This document shows positions 9,933-18,949 of a DNA stretch of 64,000 nucleotides, piece after piece (the stretch's first letter is position 1; every line of letters begins with the position of its first letter). This DNA comes from an uncultured Sulfuricurvum sp. (GTDB lineage Bacteria > Campylobacterota > Campylobacteria > Campylobacterales > Sulfurimonadaceae): positions 11,328-75,327 of the forward strand of contig CAZBVJ010000011.1 of the NCBI GenBank assembly GCA_964495485.1. The letters run 5' to 3'. Below the pieces are notes generated by a model that was not told the origin of the DNA, did no database searches, and saw nothing but the letters and a program-made list of their open reading frames with translations. The translations under genes and the position numbers were made by a program.

Positions 9933-10809
9933 CGATCAATCTCCCCTCAAGCCGTTTGATATGAAACGATTTCGCCGCCCCTGCGAGTGCAAGATAGCTC
10001 CGTTTCGGTACCCCCAGCGGCATCTCTGCGGGGATCGACATATAGGTTTTGGTTTTAAAGAGTTCCGTTTTTGGGAAGGAGGGTTCGGTGCAGCCGACAC
10101 ACGGTGTTCCCGCGCGGGTTTTGGAACTCACCTCGTTCCAGAGTATCTTGTTACAACTGCCGTGGGTATAAGGTCCCTGACACCCTTGGGCATAATACAA
10201 ACACCCCTCTTTGGTTCCGAAACGCTCACTGTCCACTTTCCACTCAAAATACTCATTACGCAAACAGCCGTTGTGGACGAGATAGCCGTACAGTTCTTTG
10301 GGGCGGCGGTACTCATCGAGATTGAGTTTTTTACCCTGAACGATCATATCGATCACAAAACTGAGCCATTTGGGATGGATAGGACATCCGCTGAGGGTAA
10401 TCACTTTTTTAGACAGATCTCGAAGCGGTCCGATAGGGCTCTCTTTGTCAAAAAGTATCCCGCTGATGTGTTCGGGATGAGCTTCTTTGAAAATCCCTCC
10501 GAAACTGGCACAGCTTCCCAATGCAATAATATGTTTGCTCTTAAGTGCCAAATTCATGAGAAGATTTTCCATTCGCATTTCTGCGCGCTCAAAATCAGCT
10601 CGATACGCTCCCTCGAAAATGAGAATATCCGATTTTGGGAGTTTCTTGACGAGTTCTTTGAGTGTCTTTTGGCAAGGGAGGAGCGGATGGTGGATAAATT
10701 CAATCGATTCCAAAAGGCTCCCCAATGAGGGGTCGTTGAGAAACGAGTGGGTGTTACCGTTGCAGGTGATCCCTTGCAGCCAAATGACTTTAACGGGTTT
10801 TGAGGGCAT
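9919..10809 (-). CDS. Group 2 [NiFe]-hydrogenase small subunit (no Tat signal)
   Basis: WLQGITCNGN, GSCASFGGI, SGCPIHP, HNGCLRNEYFE, GCL..QGCQGP, PCVGCTEP. Probable start MPSKPV at 10809. Confidence 0.9.
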   Translation of the reverse strand: MPSKPVKVIWLQGITCNGNTHSFLNDPSLGSLLESIEFIHHPLLPCQKTLKELVKKLPKSDILIFEGAYRADFERAEMRMENLLMNLALKSKHIIALGSCASFGGIFKEAHPEHISGILFDKESPIGPLRDLSKKVITLSGCPIHPKWLSFVIDMIVQGKKLNLDEYRRPKELYGYLVHNGCLRNEYFEWKVDSERFGTKEGCLYYAQGCQGPYTHGSCNKILWNEVSSKTRAGTPCVGCTEPSFPKTELFKTKTYMSIPAEMPLGVPKRSYLALAGAAKSFHIKRLEGRLIDDNA

Positions 10810-11383
10810 AATAGATATTTTCGGCGATGGTGTGTTCATACTCTTCTAAGGGCTTAGGGAGGATATTTTCACCGTGGATAAATACCATTCCCCCCAAATA
10901 TCCCATAAACAGACCGAACGCACTGAAAAAGTCCTGATCTCTCAGATCCCCGCATCGTACCCCCTCTTCGAAGAAGATCATCATCTCGGTCACAAATGCG
11001 GAGACGCAGATCATCCCCTCACAACTGTTTTGAAACACTTCGCGGTTGGAGAGATACACGCGCAAAAAATACTCAATCGTCTCAGGACGATCTTTGGCGA
11101 TACGAAAATACATATGAACAATCGCTTCAATCTTCTCTTGAGTCGTACGATCACTTTCGTTAATAGCACGAATCTCTTCACCCAAAATGTTGGCGATATA
11201 GAGGATGAGATCTTTGGCCAGCATCTCTTTGGAGGTGAAATAGTTGTAGAGGTTCCCCACACTCATCCCGATTTTCTCGGCAATGGTAGGCATCGTTGTT
11301 TGGTAAAATCCCTCTTTGGAAAAAAGCTCCAGCGCTTTAGTCATGATCGAGATTTTACGTTCTTCTTTGGTGGGGCGTGCCAA
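10790..11383 (-). CDS. TetR/AcrR-family transcriptional regulator
   Basis: ALELFSKEGFYQTTMPTIAEKIGMSVGNLYNYFTSKE helix-turn-helix; overlaps the group 2 small-subunit gene. Confidence 0.93.
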   Translation of the reverse strand: MARPTKEERKISIMTKALELFSKEGFYQTTMPTIAEKIGMSVGNLYNYFTSKEMLAKDLILYIANILGEEIRAINESDRTTQEKIEAIVHMYFRIAKDRPETIEYFLRVYLSNREVFQNSCEGMICVSAFVTEMMIFFEEGVRCGDLRDQDFFSAFGLFMGYLGGMVFIHGENILPKPLEEYEHTIAENIYYALKTR

Positions 11384-11415
11384 TTCATTTACCTCATAAA
11401 AAATTCATTTTTACA

Positions 11416-11436
11416 ATTATACCGAACAACTGTTCA
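11416..11436 (-). promoter_or_regulatory. tetR -10 box (TATAAT) with adjacent palindrome GAAC-AACT-GTTC
   Basis: ATTATA at 11416-11421; palindrome at 11423-11436 resembles the one at the hydA promoter. Confidence 0.5.
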
Positions 11437-11610
11437 TTATTTTATAATGTGATAATTCTTTTCTTTTGGCATCGACAAAATCATTCATTCCATGAATAAG
11501 CATATATTCAATACGTCACTTTTAACAAAATAGTGGCTCTTACTTACTAATTAATTAAACATATTTAAATAAAAAGATACAATAAGCACCAAAATAATAG
11601 GAAGTAAATA

Positions 11611-12900
11611 ATGAATACAACGATAGCTATTATCCTAGTAATTTTAGCAATATGTTTTCAGGGTTGTTCTATAAATCTTGACAAATCAGGAGAGTTTGAA
11701 ACAAAAAAAAACGATATGTATCACAAAGATCCAGATACATTTCATGTTGAAATAGGAGAAATATGGCATCCGTATCTCAATGAAAACAAGGTGAAGTCAG
11801 CAATGCCGGAGATATTAAAATCAGCCAAAGCAACTTTTACTTTCCTCCCTATAGATGGTAAAGATTCGGCTACAAGACATTTTAGCGGAATAGATTTTTA
11901 TGCTTTTACACCCGGTGGAGGTGGGATGGGAGGGACATCACAAGGACCTTCGTTTCATATTCGTACTGATGTCATTGAAAAAACATTTACAGTTCCCTTG
12001 AAACTTCAACAAGAAAACAATACAACGATTCTCAGCTGCGATTTCCCCAAAGTAAATGATCCTCGATACACCTTGGCAACATTGCTTATTAGCTTCGATA
12101 TTGAAAAAGATGCTAGACATTTCATCAATTTTGATACTAATGATGTGAATGGCACAAATCATTTTTATGTTAAATATTGCAGCATGAGAGATCCCAATGA
12201 AGATGCACCCATCGTCTCATTGAAAGCCTATACGCAAAAACACGGACTAGAAAAACAATTTATCTCAATCGGTTCCGAAGAGAAGATGATTAGTGATACT
12301 CAAAATGGAAAAATACCTGCTAAATATAAAAAATTGCATAAAAAAGTAAACGACATTGTTTCACAACGTATGGATATTATTCTTCCAAAAGAGACAAAAC
12401 GATGGGGTCAAGACAAGGCTAGTGTCGAAATCGTGAGATGGGATAAAGGAGATGTATCCCAAATAACAATTACCGATACTCTCAGTAAAACAAGAAGTTG
12501 TAGTGGATTCAAGCTTTATAGTAGTGAAACTTGGCTTTTTACGGATAGAGAAATTCTAAACTACACAGGATCAATGGAATATGTAAGAAACACTTACAAT
12601 GGACAACAAGCATATGCACAAACACTGGAAACTGAGATAGAGGAACGTAATTTTCAAAAAATGAAATCTTATGCTTGGGAAATTGATTACAATAGTGAAG
12701 ATACAGATCATATCTATTTAAACAACAAACCCTATATAAAAAACAGACCTTTTTCTGATGGAAATACAATGGATGAATGTTCTAAAAAAAATATGCTCGA
12801 TGTAATTTCTCGCATTGATCGAAATAAAGAAGCTATTGAAAATGAAGGGCTCTATTATCTTGATTTGCTCAATCGAATGTCAAGCGCGGAGTTAAAATAG
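11611..12900 (+). CDS. Hypothetical lipoprotein, AT-rich
   Basis: Hydrophobic signal ending in lipobox FQGC; the only substantial plus-strand gene in the hydrogenase island. Confidence 0.75.
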   Translation: MNTTIAIILVILAICFQGCSINLDKSGEFETKKNDMYHKDPDTFHVEIGEIWHPYLNENKVKSAMPEILKSAKATFTFLPIDGKDSATRHFSGIDFYAFTPGGGGMGGTSQGPSFHIRTDVIEKTFTVPLKLQQENNTTILSCDFPKVNDPRYTLATLLISFDIEKDARHFINFDTNDVNGTNHFYVKYCSMRDPNEDAPIVSLKAYTQKHGLEKQFISIGSEEKMISDTQNGKIPAKYKKLHKKVNDIVSQRMDIILPKETKRWGQDKASVEIVRWDKGDVSQITITDTLSKTRSCSGFKLYSSETWLFTDREILNYTGSMEYVRNTYNGQQAYAQTLETEIEERNFQKMKSYAWEIDYNSEDTDHIYLNNKPYIKNRPFSDGNTMDECSKKNMLDVISRIDRNKEAIENEGLYYLDLLNRMSSAELK

Positions 12901-12927
12901 AGCTGGATTCACCCAAAGAGCACTTCG

Positions 12928-12949
12928 CCCGATCAAGTCGGGAATGACG
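12928..12949 (-). repeat. CGTC-tagged REP-like palindrome
   Basis: Minus strand reads CGTCATTCCCGACTTGATCGGG, a CGTC tag followed by a CCCGA..TCGGG stem. Confidence 0.5.
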
Positions 12950-12964
12950 AAAATATTTCCCTAA

Positions 12965-14659
12965 TTATAGCGAACAAGCATTCATTATTTTATACTGTGA
13001 TAACTCTTTTCCCTTTGCATCGATCACATGCACCGCACATGCCAGACACGGATCGAATGAGTGGACGGCACGTAAAACCTCCAACGGGGCGGCAGGATCG
13101 GCGAGCTTCAACCCGATCAACGACTCCTCATACGCTCCGCGCCCCTCTTTCACTCCCTTAGGGGATGCGTTCCATGTGGTCGGAACAACCGCTTGGTAAT
13201 TAGCGATTTTGGCATCCTCGATACGGACGAAATGACCCAAAACACCGCGCGGTACTTCAAAGATACCGGCACCTTTCGCTTCGCGAGGAAGCTCTTCAAA
13301 CACGTATTTTGTCCACGTACTCTCATCGTAGTATTTGATGTTTTCGATCAGATCGCTCATCGTATCAAAGAGATAATCGCAGCAGATTTGCGCTTCGACA
13401 GCACGCGCGGCATTACGCCCGATGGTGGTGGAAAAATCGATGAGTTCCATACCGGATCGTTTCATAAACCGTTCCATATAGGGGCGCACCACATCCGAGT
13501 GTGAAACATATCCGACAATCATCCGTGCCAAAGGTCCCACTTCCATCACGTCACCTTCATACCGCGGTGCTTTGATCCAGCTGTATTTCCCCTCGGTTTT
13601 GAGGCTTCCGTCTTCATTGAGATCGGTATAAAACGGCGTCGTATCCCCCTCATACGGAGAGAGAGGTTCATCGTTTTCATACCATGAGCGGGATGCCTCT
13701 TCGGTGATTTTACTCGCATCAAACGGCTCGATGTGCTCAAAGTCATGTCCTCGGATTACACCACTTGCAAAAAGGTGTTGATCTTTTCCGATACGGTATC
13801 CGCCGCAACACATGAAATTCCCGACTGCACGACCATCTCCTGCTTTGATCTCATCACGGTATGCGTTGATAATCATCAACATATCGGGAATATAGGCACG
13901 TTCGATAAAATCACGGGTCTCTTTGATGATAAAGAGAAAATCGTTCAGCCGTTGTGGATTGAGCATATCGGCAACGCTCGTAACCCCTCCGACAACCAGA
14001 TTTTGGGGATGGGGAGTTTTCCCCGCAAAAATCGCCACCGCTTTGGAAAGCTCACGCTGTATTCTCAACGCTTCGAGATAGTGGTTCATGTGTACCAAAT
14101 TCTCTTCAGGGCTAAGCCGATAGGCACTGTGCCCCCAGTAACCGTTGGCAAAGAGTCCCAACCGTCCCGCTTTGACAAAACTCTCCAGTTTCTCTTTCAC
14201 CGCTTCGAGATGACCATCAGAGTTGCGATACGGATGATCCGACCAAATCTCCGCCTCTTCCGAAGCTTGGGTACAGTCCGCCCGTAGCGCTCCCGTAATG
14301 TCGACAAAATCGAGCGAATGGAGGTGATAGTAGTGGACGATATGATCTTGGACAAACAGCGAAAGGGTGACAAGGTTGCGGATAATTTCGGCGTTGTGAG
14401 GGATTTCAATACCGTACGCCGCTTCCACGGCACTGATCGAGGCACGATAGTGAACGTTTGTACATACCCCGCAAATACGCTGAGCGATCAATCCCGAATC
14501 GCGAGGATCACGCCCGCGCAAAATCGTCTCAATCCCCCGAAAGAGCTGACCCGATGCCCATGCTTCGGTGACGACGTTGTTCTCATCAATTTCTACCTCG
14601 ATCCGCAGATGACCCTCGATGCGGGTAATCGGGTCTATAACGATTTTTTTAGTGCTCAT
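12965..14659 (-). CDS. Second group 1-type [NiFe]-hydrogenase large subunit
   Basis: DPITRIEGH, QRICGVC, SFDPCLACAVH plus C-terminal tail. Start MSTKKIVIDP at 14659. Confidence 0.94.
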   Translation of the reverse strand: MSTKKIVIDPITRIEGHLRIEVEIDENNVVTEAWASGQLFRGIETILRGRDPRDSGLIAQRICGVCTNVHYRASISAVEAAYGIEIPHNAEIIRNLVTLSLFVQDHIVHYYHLHSLDFVDITGALRADCTQASEEAEIWSDHPYRNSDGHLEAVKEKLESFVKAGRLGLFANGYWGHSAYRLSPEENLVHMNHYLEALRIQRELSKAVAIFAGKTPHPQNLVVGGVTSVADMLNPQRLNDFLFIIKETRDFIERAYIPDMLMIINAYRDEIKAGDGRAVGNFMCCGGYRIGKDQHLFASGVIRGHDFEHIEPFDASKITEEASRSWYENDEPLSPYEGDTTPFYTDLNEDGSLKTEGKYSWIKAPRYEGDVMEVGPLARMIVGYVSHSDVVRPYMERFMKRSGMELIDFSTTIGRNAARAVEAQICCDYLFDTMSDLIENIKYYDESTWTKYVFEELPREAKGAGIFEVPRGVLGHFVRIEDAKIANYQAVVPTTWNASPKGVKEGRGAYEESLIGLKLADPAAPLEVLRAVHSFDPCLACAVHVIDAKGKELSQYKIMNACSL

Positions 14660-17078
14660 GTTCACCCTCCGGTAATTTGCGGTTATTGGCATACAGATCA
14701 AATGCGATTTTTCCCTGACCGCAGCCGAAACATCCATGTCCCGCCTGCACCGGCCAACTCGTCCCCTCGTTGAATTTCACGAGTGAGCAGTTGAGATCGG
14801 CGTAAGGCCCTTTGCATCCCATCTGAAAGAGACACCACCCCTTCTTCGCCCCCTCATCGCCCCATTCGAGGACGAACTCTTCCGCATCATAGTGCCCTCG
14901 GCGCTCACAGTTGTCATGAACGCGAAACCCATACGCCCATTCGGGACGGTTGTGGCTGTCGAGCTTCGGAAACTCATCGAACATCAGATACTGCAACAAC
15001 GTTCCGACAATATTGATCGGATTGGTCGGACATCCGGGGAGGTTAATGATGTCCTCTCTTCCCAGCGCTTCGGCTACCCCGACTGCTCCCGTCGGATTTG
15101 GTGCTGCCGCTACCACACCGCCATCGTAGGCACACGATCCCACCGCGATCACCGCAGCCGCATTTGCGCTCACACGGCGCAACAAATCAACTCCCGTCTC
15201 ACCCTTAGGTCCGATCCGTAAAAATTTACCGTCCATCCCCAATGGAACTGCCCCCTCGACAATCAAGACGTATTTGCCGCTATCGTTGTGGAGGATACTC
15301 TCCAGCGCCGATTCGGAATTATCCCCCGAAGCCGCCATCAGCAATTCGTGATAATCGAGTGAAATGTATTTGAGAATCAGATCATCCACCTTTGGATGAG
15401 AGGTTTTGATAAACGCCTCGGAATTTCCCGTACAATCGGAGAGTTCGAGCCAGATAATGGGGATTTTATTGAGGTTCGTGACCCCCTCTTCCACGACGCT
15501 CTCAAAGCGTGGATGCAAATGCATCGATGCGGTGATCATCGAAACCCAGCGGTTAAACTCGCGGCTCATCTCGAACGATTCCAACGCCTCGTGAAAATTC
15601 TCACTGCTGAGCTGATTTGCAGGATGGAGACGGTTGTATTTCTCGATCCGAGCACGCACTTTTTCCAGTTCCGCCGCCTGCGCCGCATCAAGTTTTTCTT
15701 GACGCAAGCGTGCCGCTTCAACAGGATCGACGGGCGTTGCACTGATAATCGTACAAATATCCTGTTTACACCGTCCGCAGGTACGTCCCGCTTTGGAATG
15801 TTCTTTGAGCTCACCGAACGACGTTACGGCATTCTCTTTGATGATATTGACCAACTCTAATTCATGCACCCCTTCACAGCTGCAAACGAGTCTTCCGTAT
15901 TCGGACATCAGACGATTGGAGTAGAGATACGCCGGATCAATCGGCGCATCGGTTTCGATCAGCCGTTTCAATGCCAAAAGATCGATGTTGGTGTTGATCC
16001 CGATAAAGCGTTTCAGTCGGTCATTCTTGACGATATACTGATCGATCCGATCTTTGTGGGTGATCAAAATCGTCTCATTTTCGGCATCTTTGGGATCAAA
16101 ATCGGTCGCCGTCACATCGGCGAACAAAAACGATCCCACTTTGAGCCCGTCAAGGGAGACCTCTTCTTTGAACGATGCATCTGTATCTCCGAGCAGATGC
16201 GCAATCGCCACATCGGCTTCGAGGGTACACTCTTTCACCCGTCCTGCGATAAAGCCCCCCGTCCGAAGCTGTGCCGCTTCACCGACACAGTAGATATCCG
16301 GATTCGAGGTAAGCAGATGTTCATCGACCAAAACCCCATTGTCACACTCAAGAGCTTCTCGTGCAAAAGGGATATTCGGATCGATCCCGACCCCGAAAAT
16401 GAGAAACGGATTCTCGATCTCCCCTTTCTGGGTGATTAGTTTGGTGATCGTATTGCCCGAAATCTCTTTGTCCGTAATCTGGTCGTTAAACTGAATGCGA
16501 ACCCGTTTATCCGCTTCGAAAATCCCCTGAACCAGCGCCAACCCCTCACGGCTGATCACTTCGGAATAGAGATAGTTTTTACGCACCAGCAAGGTGATAC
16601 TTTTGGGTGCATCGCTGCGCGTGAGGGTATCGAGCAACTCCAACGCGATAGGTCCTGCCCCGACGATCACGACATTACGTCCTATCATCCCCTGCGCAAT
16701 CTGTTCGCAATCGCTCTGACTCCGAAACGTCGCCGCATTCTCAATGCCTGCAATATCAAAAAGCGATTTGGGAATCGATCCCGTCGCAATAATGAGTTTA
16801 TCGTAATGAAACGCGGCGTGTTGGCTCAATACCCGCTGGCTGTTAGGGTCGATGGAGAGAATCTTTTGATCCAGTTCCAGTTTCACTTTCGGGTTCAGTT
16901 CCAACTCGATGGAGTCCACACAATTGCAATCCTCTACCAGTTTGCACAGATGGATCCGATCATAGGGGGGATGCTTCTCATCCGAAACGATCACCACCTC
17001 GGACTCCGGAGCCTTCTCCATCAGAGAATTGGCGATATAGACGGCGGCTATTCCGCCTCCGACGATAACAATGCGCAT
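14649..17078 (-). CDS. Fusion: NirB-like FAD/NAD(P) oxidoreductase + BFD [2Fe-2S] + [NiFe]-hydrogenase small subunit
   Basis: IVIVGGGIAA, YDRIHL, IIATGS, VVIVGAGPIALE, TSNPDIYCVGE; C-x-C-x32-C-x2-C; then WLELSDCTGNSE, GSCA, PGCP, HDNCERR, CLFQMGCKGP, HGCFGC. Confidence 0.92.
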   Translation of the reverse strand: MRIVIVGGGIAAVYIANSLMEKAPESEVVIVSDEKHPPYDRIHLCKLVEDCNCVDSIELELNPKVKLELDQKILSIDPNSQRVLSQHAAFHYDKLIIATGSIPKSLFDIAGIENAATFRSQSDCEQIAQGMIGRNVVIVGAGPIALELLDTLTRSDAPKSITLLVRKNYLYSEVISREGLALVQGIFEADKRVRIQFNDQITDKEISGNTITKLITQKGEIENPFLIFGVGIDPNIPFAREALECDNGVLVDEHLLTSNPDIYCVGEAAQLRTGGFIAGRVKECTLEADVAIAHLLGDTDASFKEEVSLDGLKVGSFLFADVTATDFDPKDAENETILITHKDRIDQYIVKNDRLKRFIGINTNIDLLALKRLIETDAPIDPAYLYSNRLMSEYGRLVCSCEGVHELELVNIIKENAVTSFGELKEHSKAGRTCGRCKQDICTIISATPVDPVEAARLRQEKLDAAQAAELEKVRARIEKYNRLHPANQLSSENFHEALESFEMSREFNRWVSMITASMHLHPRFESVVEEGVTNLNKIPIIWLELSDCTGNSEAFIKTSHPKVDDLILKYISLDYHELLMAASGDNSESALESILHNDSGKYVLIVEGAVPLGMDGKFLRIGPKGETGVDLLRRVSANAAAVIAVGSCAYDGGVVAAAPNPTGAVGVAEALGREDIINLPGCPTNPINIVGTLLQYLMFDEFPKLDSHNRPEWAYGFRVHDNCERRGHYDAEEFVLEWGDEGAKKGWCLFQMGCKGPYADLNCSLVKFNEGTSWPVQAGHGCFGCGQGKIAFDLYANNRKLPEGEHEH

Positions 17079-17081
17079 GGT

Positions 17082-17513
17082 CTACTCCTCACTCTTGTTT
17101 TGAATTTTAGCCGATTTTTTGGCCGCTGCGTAGCTTTCGCGGCTTTGGAGGCACGCTGCTTCATACACAAACCACTCCGTGTTTACCTCATCTTCACTCA
17201 CGGCACTGCTCTGTTTTTTCTCGCTTTGCCACAACGCTTCTTCGGGTTTCGGGCAGGCACGGACACATTCGCCGCAGTAGATGCAGAGCCACGGATTATA
17301 GCGATACGTTTTTGAGCCGTCTTCATGTTGGAAAAAGAGGATTGCTCCGGGGGGGCACACTTTTTCGCATTTATCACAGTAGATACACGCCTCATGATCG
17401 TGTTCAATCAACCCTCGATACCCACTCGGTAAAACAATTGCTTCGGTAGGGTATTTGTGCGTTCGGATTGGTCTAAAAAGGTTCAAAAATGCTTCAATCA
17501 TCGATTTAAACAT
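17082..17513 (-). CDS. echF: Ech-type hydrogenase 2x[4Fe-4S] subunit (EchF/NuoI-like)
   Basis: THKYP..YRG, CIYCDKCEKVCP and CIYCGECVRACP. Confidence 0.85.
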   Translation of the reverse strand: MFKSMIEAFLNLFRPIRTHKYPTEAIVLPSGYRGLIEHDHEACIYCDKCEKVCPPGAILFFQHEDGSKTYRYNPWLCIYCGECVRACPKPEEALWQSEKKQSSAVSEDEVNTEWFVYEAACLQSRESYAAAKKSAKIQNKSEE

Positions 17514-17522
17514 CTGAGCCTC

Positions 17523-18608
17523 CTACTTCGCCGTACACGACATACACGGATCGAACGACGCGAGGATGGCGGGGGCATCGGCATATTCGCTCCCTTTGAA
17601 TACCTCCATCATCGCAGGAATAGATGAAAAGGTCGGTGTCTTGATCCGCACTCGCTCCAACATATTTTGACCGCTCCCCCGCACCAGATAAAAGAGCTCT
17701 CCGCGCGGCGCTTCGACACGCACTACCGCTTCGCCGTTTGGTTTACCTTTGGTCTTCTCCTGTATCTCTCCCGCAGGAAGATTCTCCACGATGTTTCGGC
17801 ACATCTCTATCGAGTTCACGATCTCCCGCAGACGGACAAAATTGCGCGCATGAATGTCTCCGCTTGATTCGAGCATCATCCGATACCCTATCTCTTCGTA
17901 GGGAAAATCGCTCGTCTCGGCGCGCACGTCGGTTGCCAGTCCCGCCGCACGAGCCAAGGGTCCGAGCGCATTATAGGTATAGGCATCCTCCAAACTCAGC
18001 ACCCCCACCCCTTTGTATTTGAGCGAGAGCGACCAGTTGTTGTCGAAAAGCCCGATCAACGTATCGATTTTTTCAGACAGTATCCCCAAATTTTTACGCA
18101 CCAACTCGGAGAGCTCGGGAGTCAAATCACGGTTTACTCCGCCGATCGAGATAAAATCAAACTGCACGCGGTTCCCGCTGATCGCTTCTTGCAGCTCCAT
18201 CACCAGTTCACGATCTCCCATGATCTGCATAAAGAGGGCTTCAAATCCCGCATTTTCCGCCGTATGCGCTAGACAGAGCATGTGCGAGTGGATACGATCC
18301 AACTCCACCATCAACATCCGTAGGTATTTGATCCGATCATTAGCCACATACCCTAGCAACTTCTCGGCGGCGAGAGTATACGAGAGCGAGTGGGTGATCG
18401 CGCACAGCCCGCACACGCGAGCCACGACATACCCCACCTGTTTGAACTCAAAACTGCGAGTACACGCCAATTCCACCCCCCGATGGACGAATCCCACATC
18501 GGCATCGACTCCGATAATCTTTTCGTTTTCGCACTCAAATTTGAACCGTATCGGCTCCAGTAGCGAGATATGCTGTGATCCCAAAGGGATATGGATCGTT
18601 TTTTTCAT
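17523..18608 (-). CDS. echE: Group 4 (Ech-type) [NiFe]-hydrogenase large subunit
   Basis: GFVHRGVE, ARVCGLCAITH, ELDRIHSH, EAPRGE, FDPCMSCTAK at the C-terminus. Confidence 0.9.
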   Translation of the reverse strand: MKKTIHIPLGSQHISLLEPIRFKFECENEKIIGVDADVGFVHRGVELACTRSFEFKQVGYVVARVCGLCAITHSLSYTLAAEKLLGYVANDRIKYLRMLMVELDRIHSHMLCLAHTAENAGFEALFMQIMGDRELVMELQEAISGNRVQFDFISIGGVNRDLTPELSELVRKNLGILSEKIDTLIGLFDNNWSLSLKYKGVGVLSLEDAYTYNALGPLARAAGLATDVRAETSDFPYEEIGYRMMLESSGDIHARNFVRLREIVNSIEMCRNIVENLPAGEIQEKTKGKPNGEAVVRVEAPRGELFYLVRGSGQNMLERVRIKTPTFSSIPAMMEVFKGSEYADAPAILASFDPCMSCTAK

Positions 18609-18949
18609 GATTCCCTCCGTAACGGATGGGGCTGTGAATCCTCATCGAGATAAAGCCCTCGCTCCGCACCCTCGACGCTAAGACCGAACATATCCACAAT
18701 CTCCCGCTCCCCCATGTAAGCTGAGGGGATCAGGCTCACGAGCGATGGGACAGGGGTCTCATAATCACTGAGAGCATAATAGATCACGATCTCATCTTTA
18801 ACCCCATAGCGGGAAAAGATCCATTGCAGCTCAATTTTCCCCTCTCCCAGATCGACCCCGTTAACGCTCAAAAAGTGCCATTCTCGGGGAACATAAAACG
18901 CTGTGATGTCGCCCAGTAGCGTTGCTAATGTTGTCTCAATCTTTCTCAT
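18605..18949 (-). CDS. echD: EchD/NuoC-like small subunit
   Basis: VPSL..LIPSAYMGEREIVDMFGL NuoC-like motif; operon position. Confidence 0.82.
   Translation of the reverse strand: MRKIETTLATLLGDITAFYVPREWHFLSVNGVDLGEGKIELQWIFSRYGVKDEIVIYYALSDYETPVPSLVSLIPSAYMGEREIVDMFGLSVEGAERGLYLDEDSQPHPLRRES

Noticed and set aside
9868..10728. Long antisense ORFs such as 9868-10728, 3644-4366 and 30981-31688
   Set aside because: They lie opposite well-supported genes and show no recognisable motifs.
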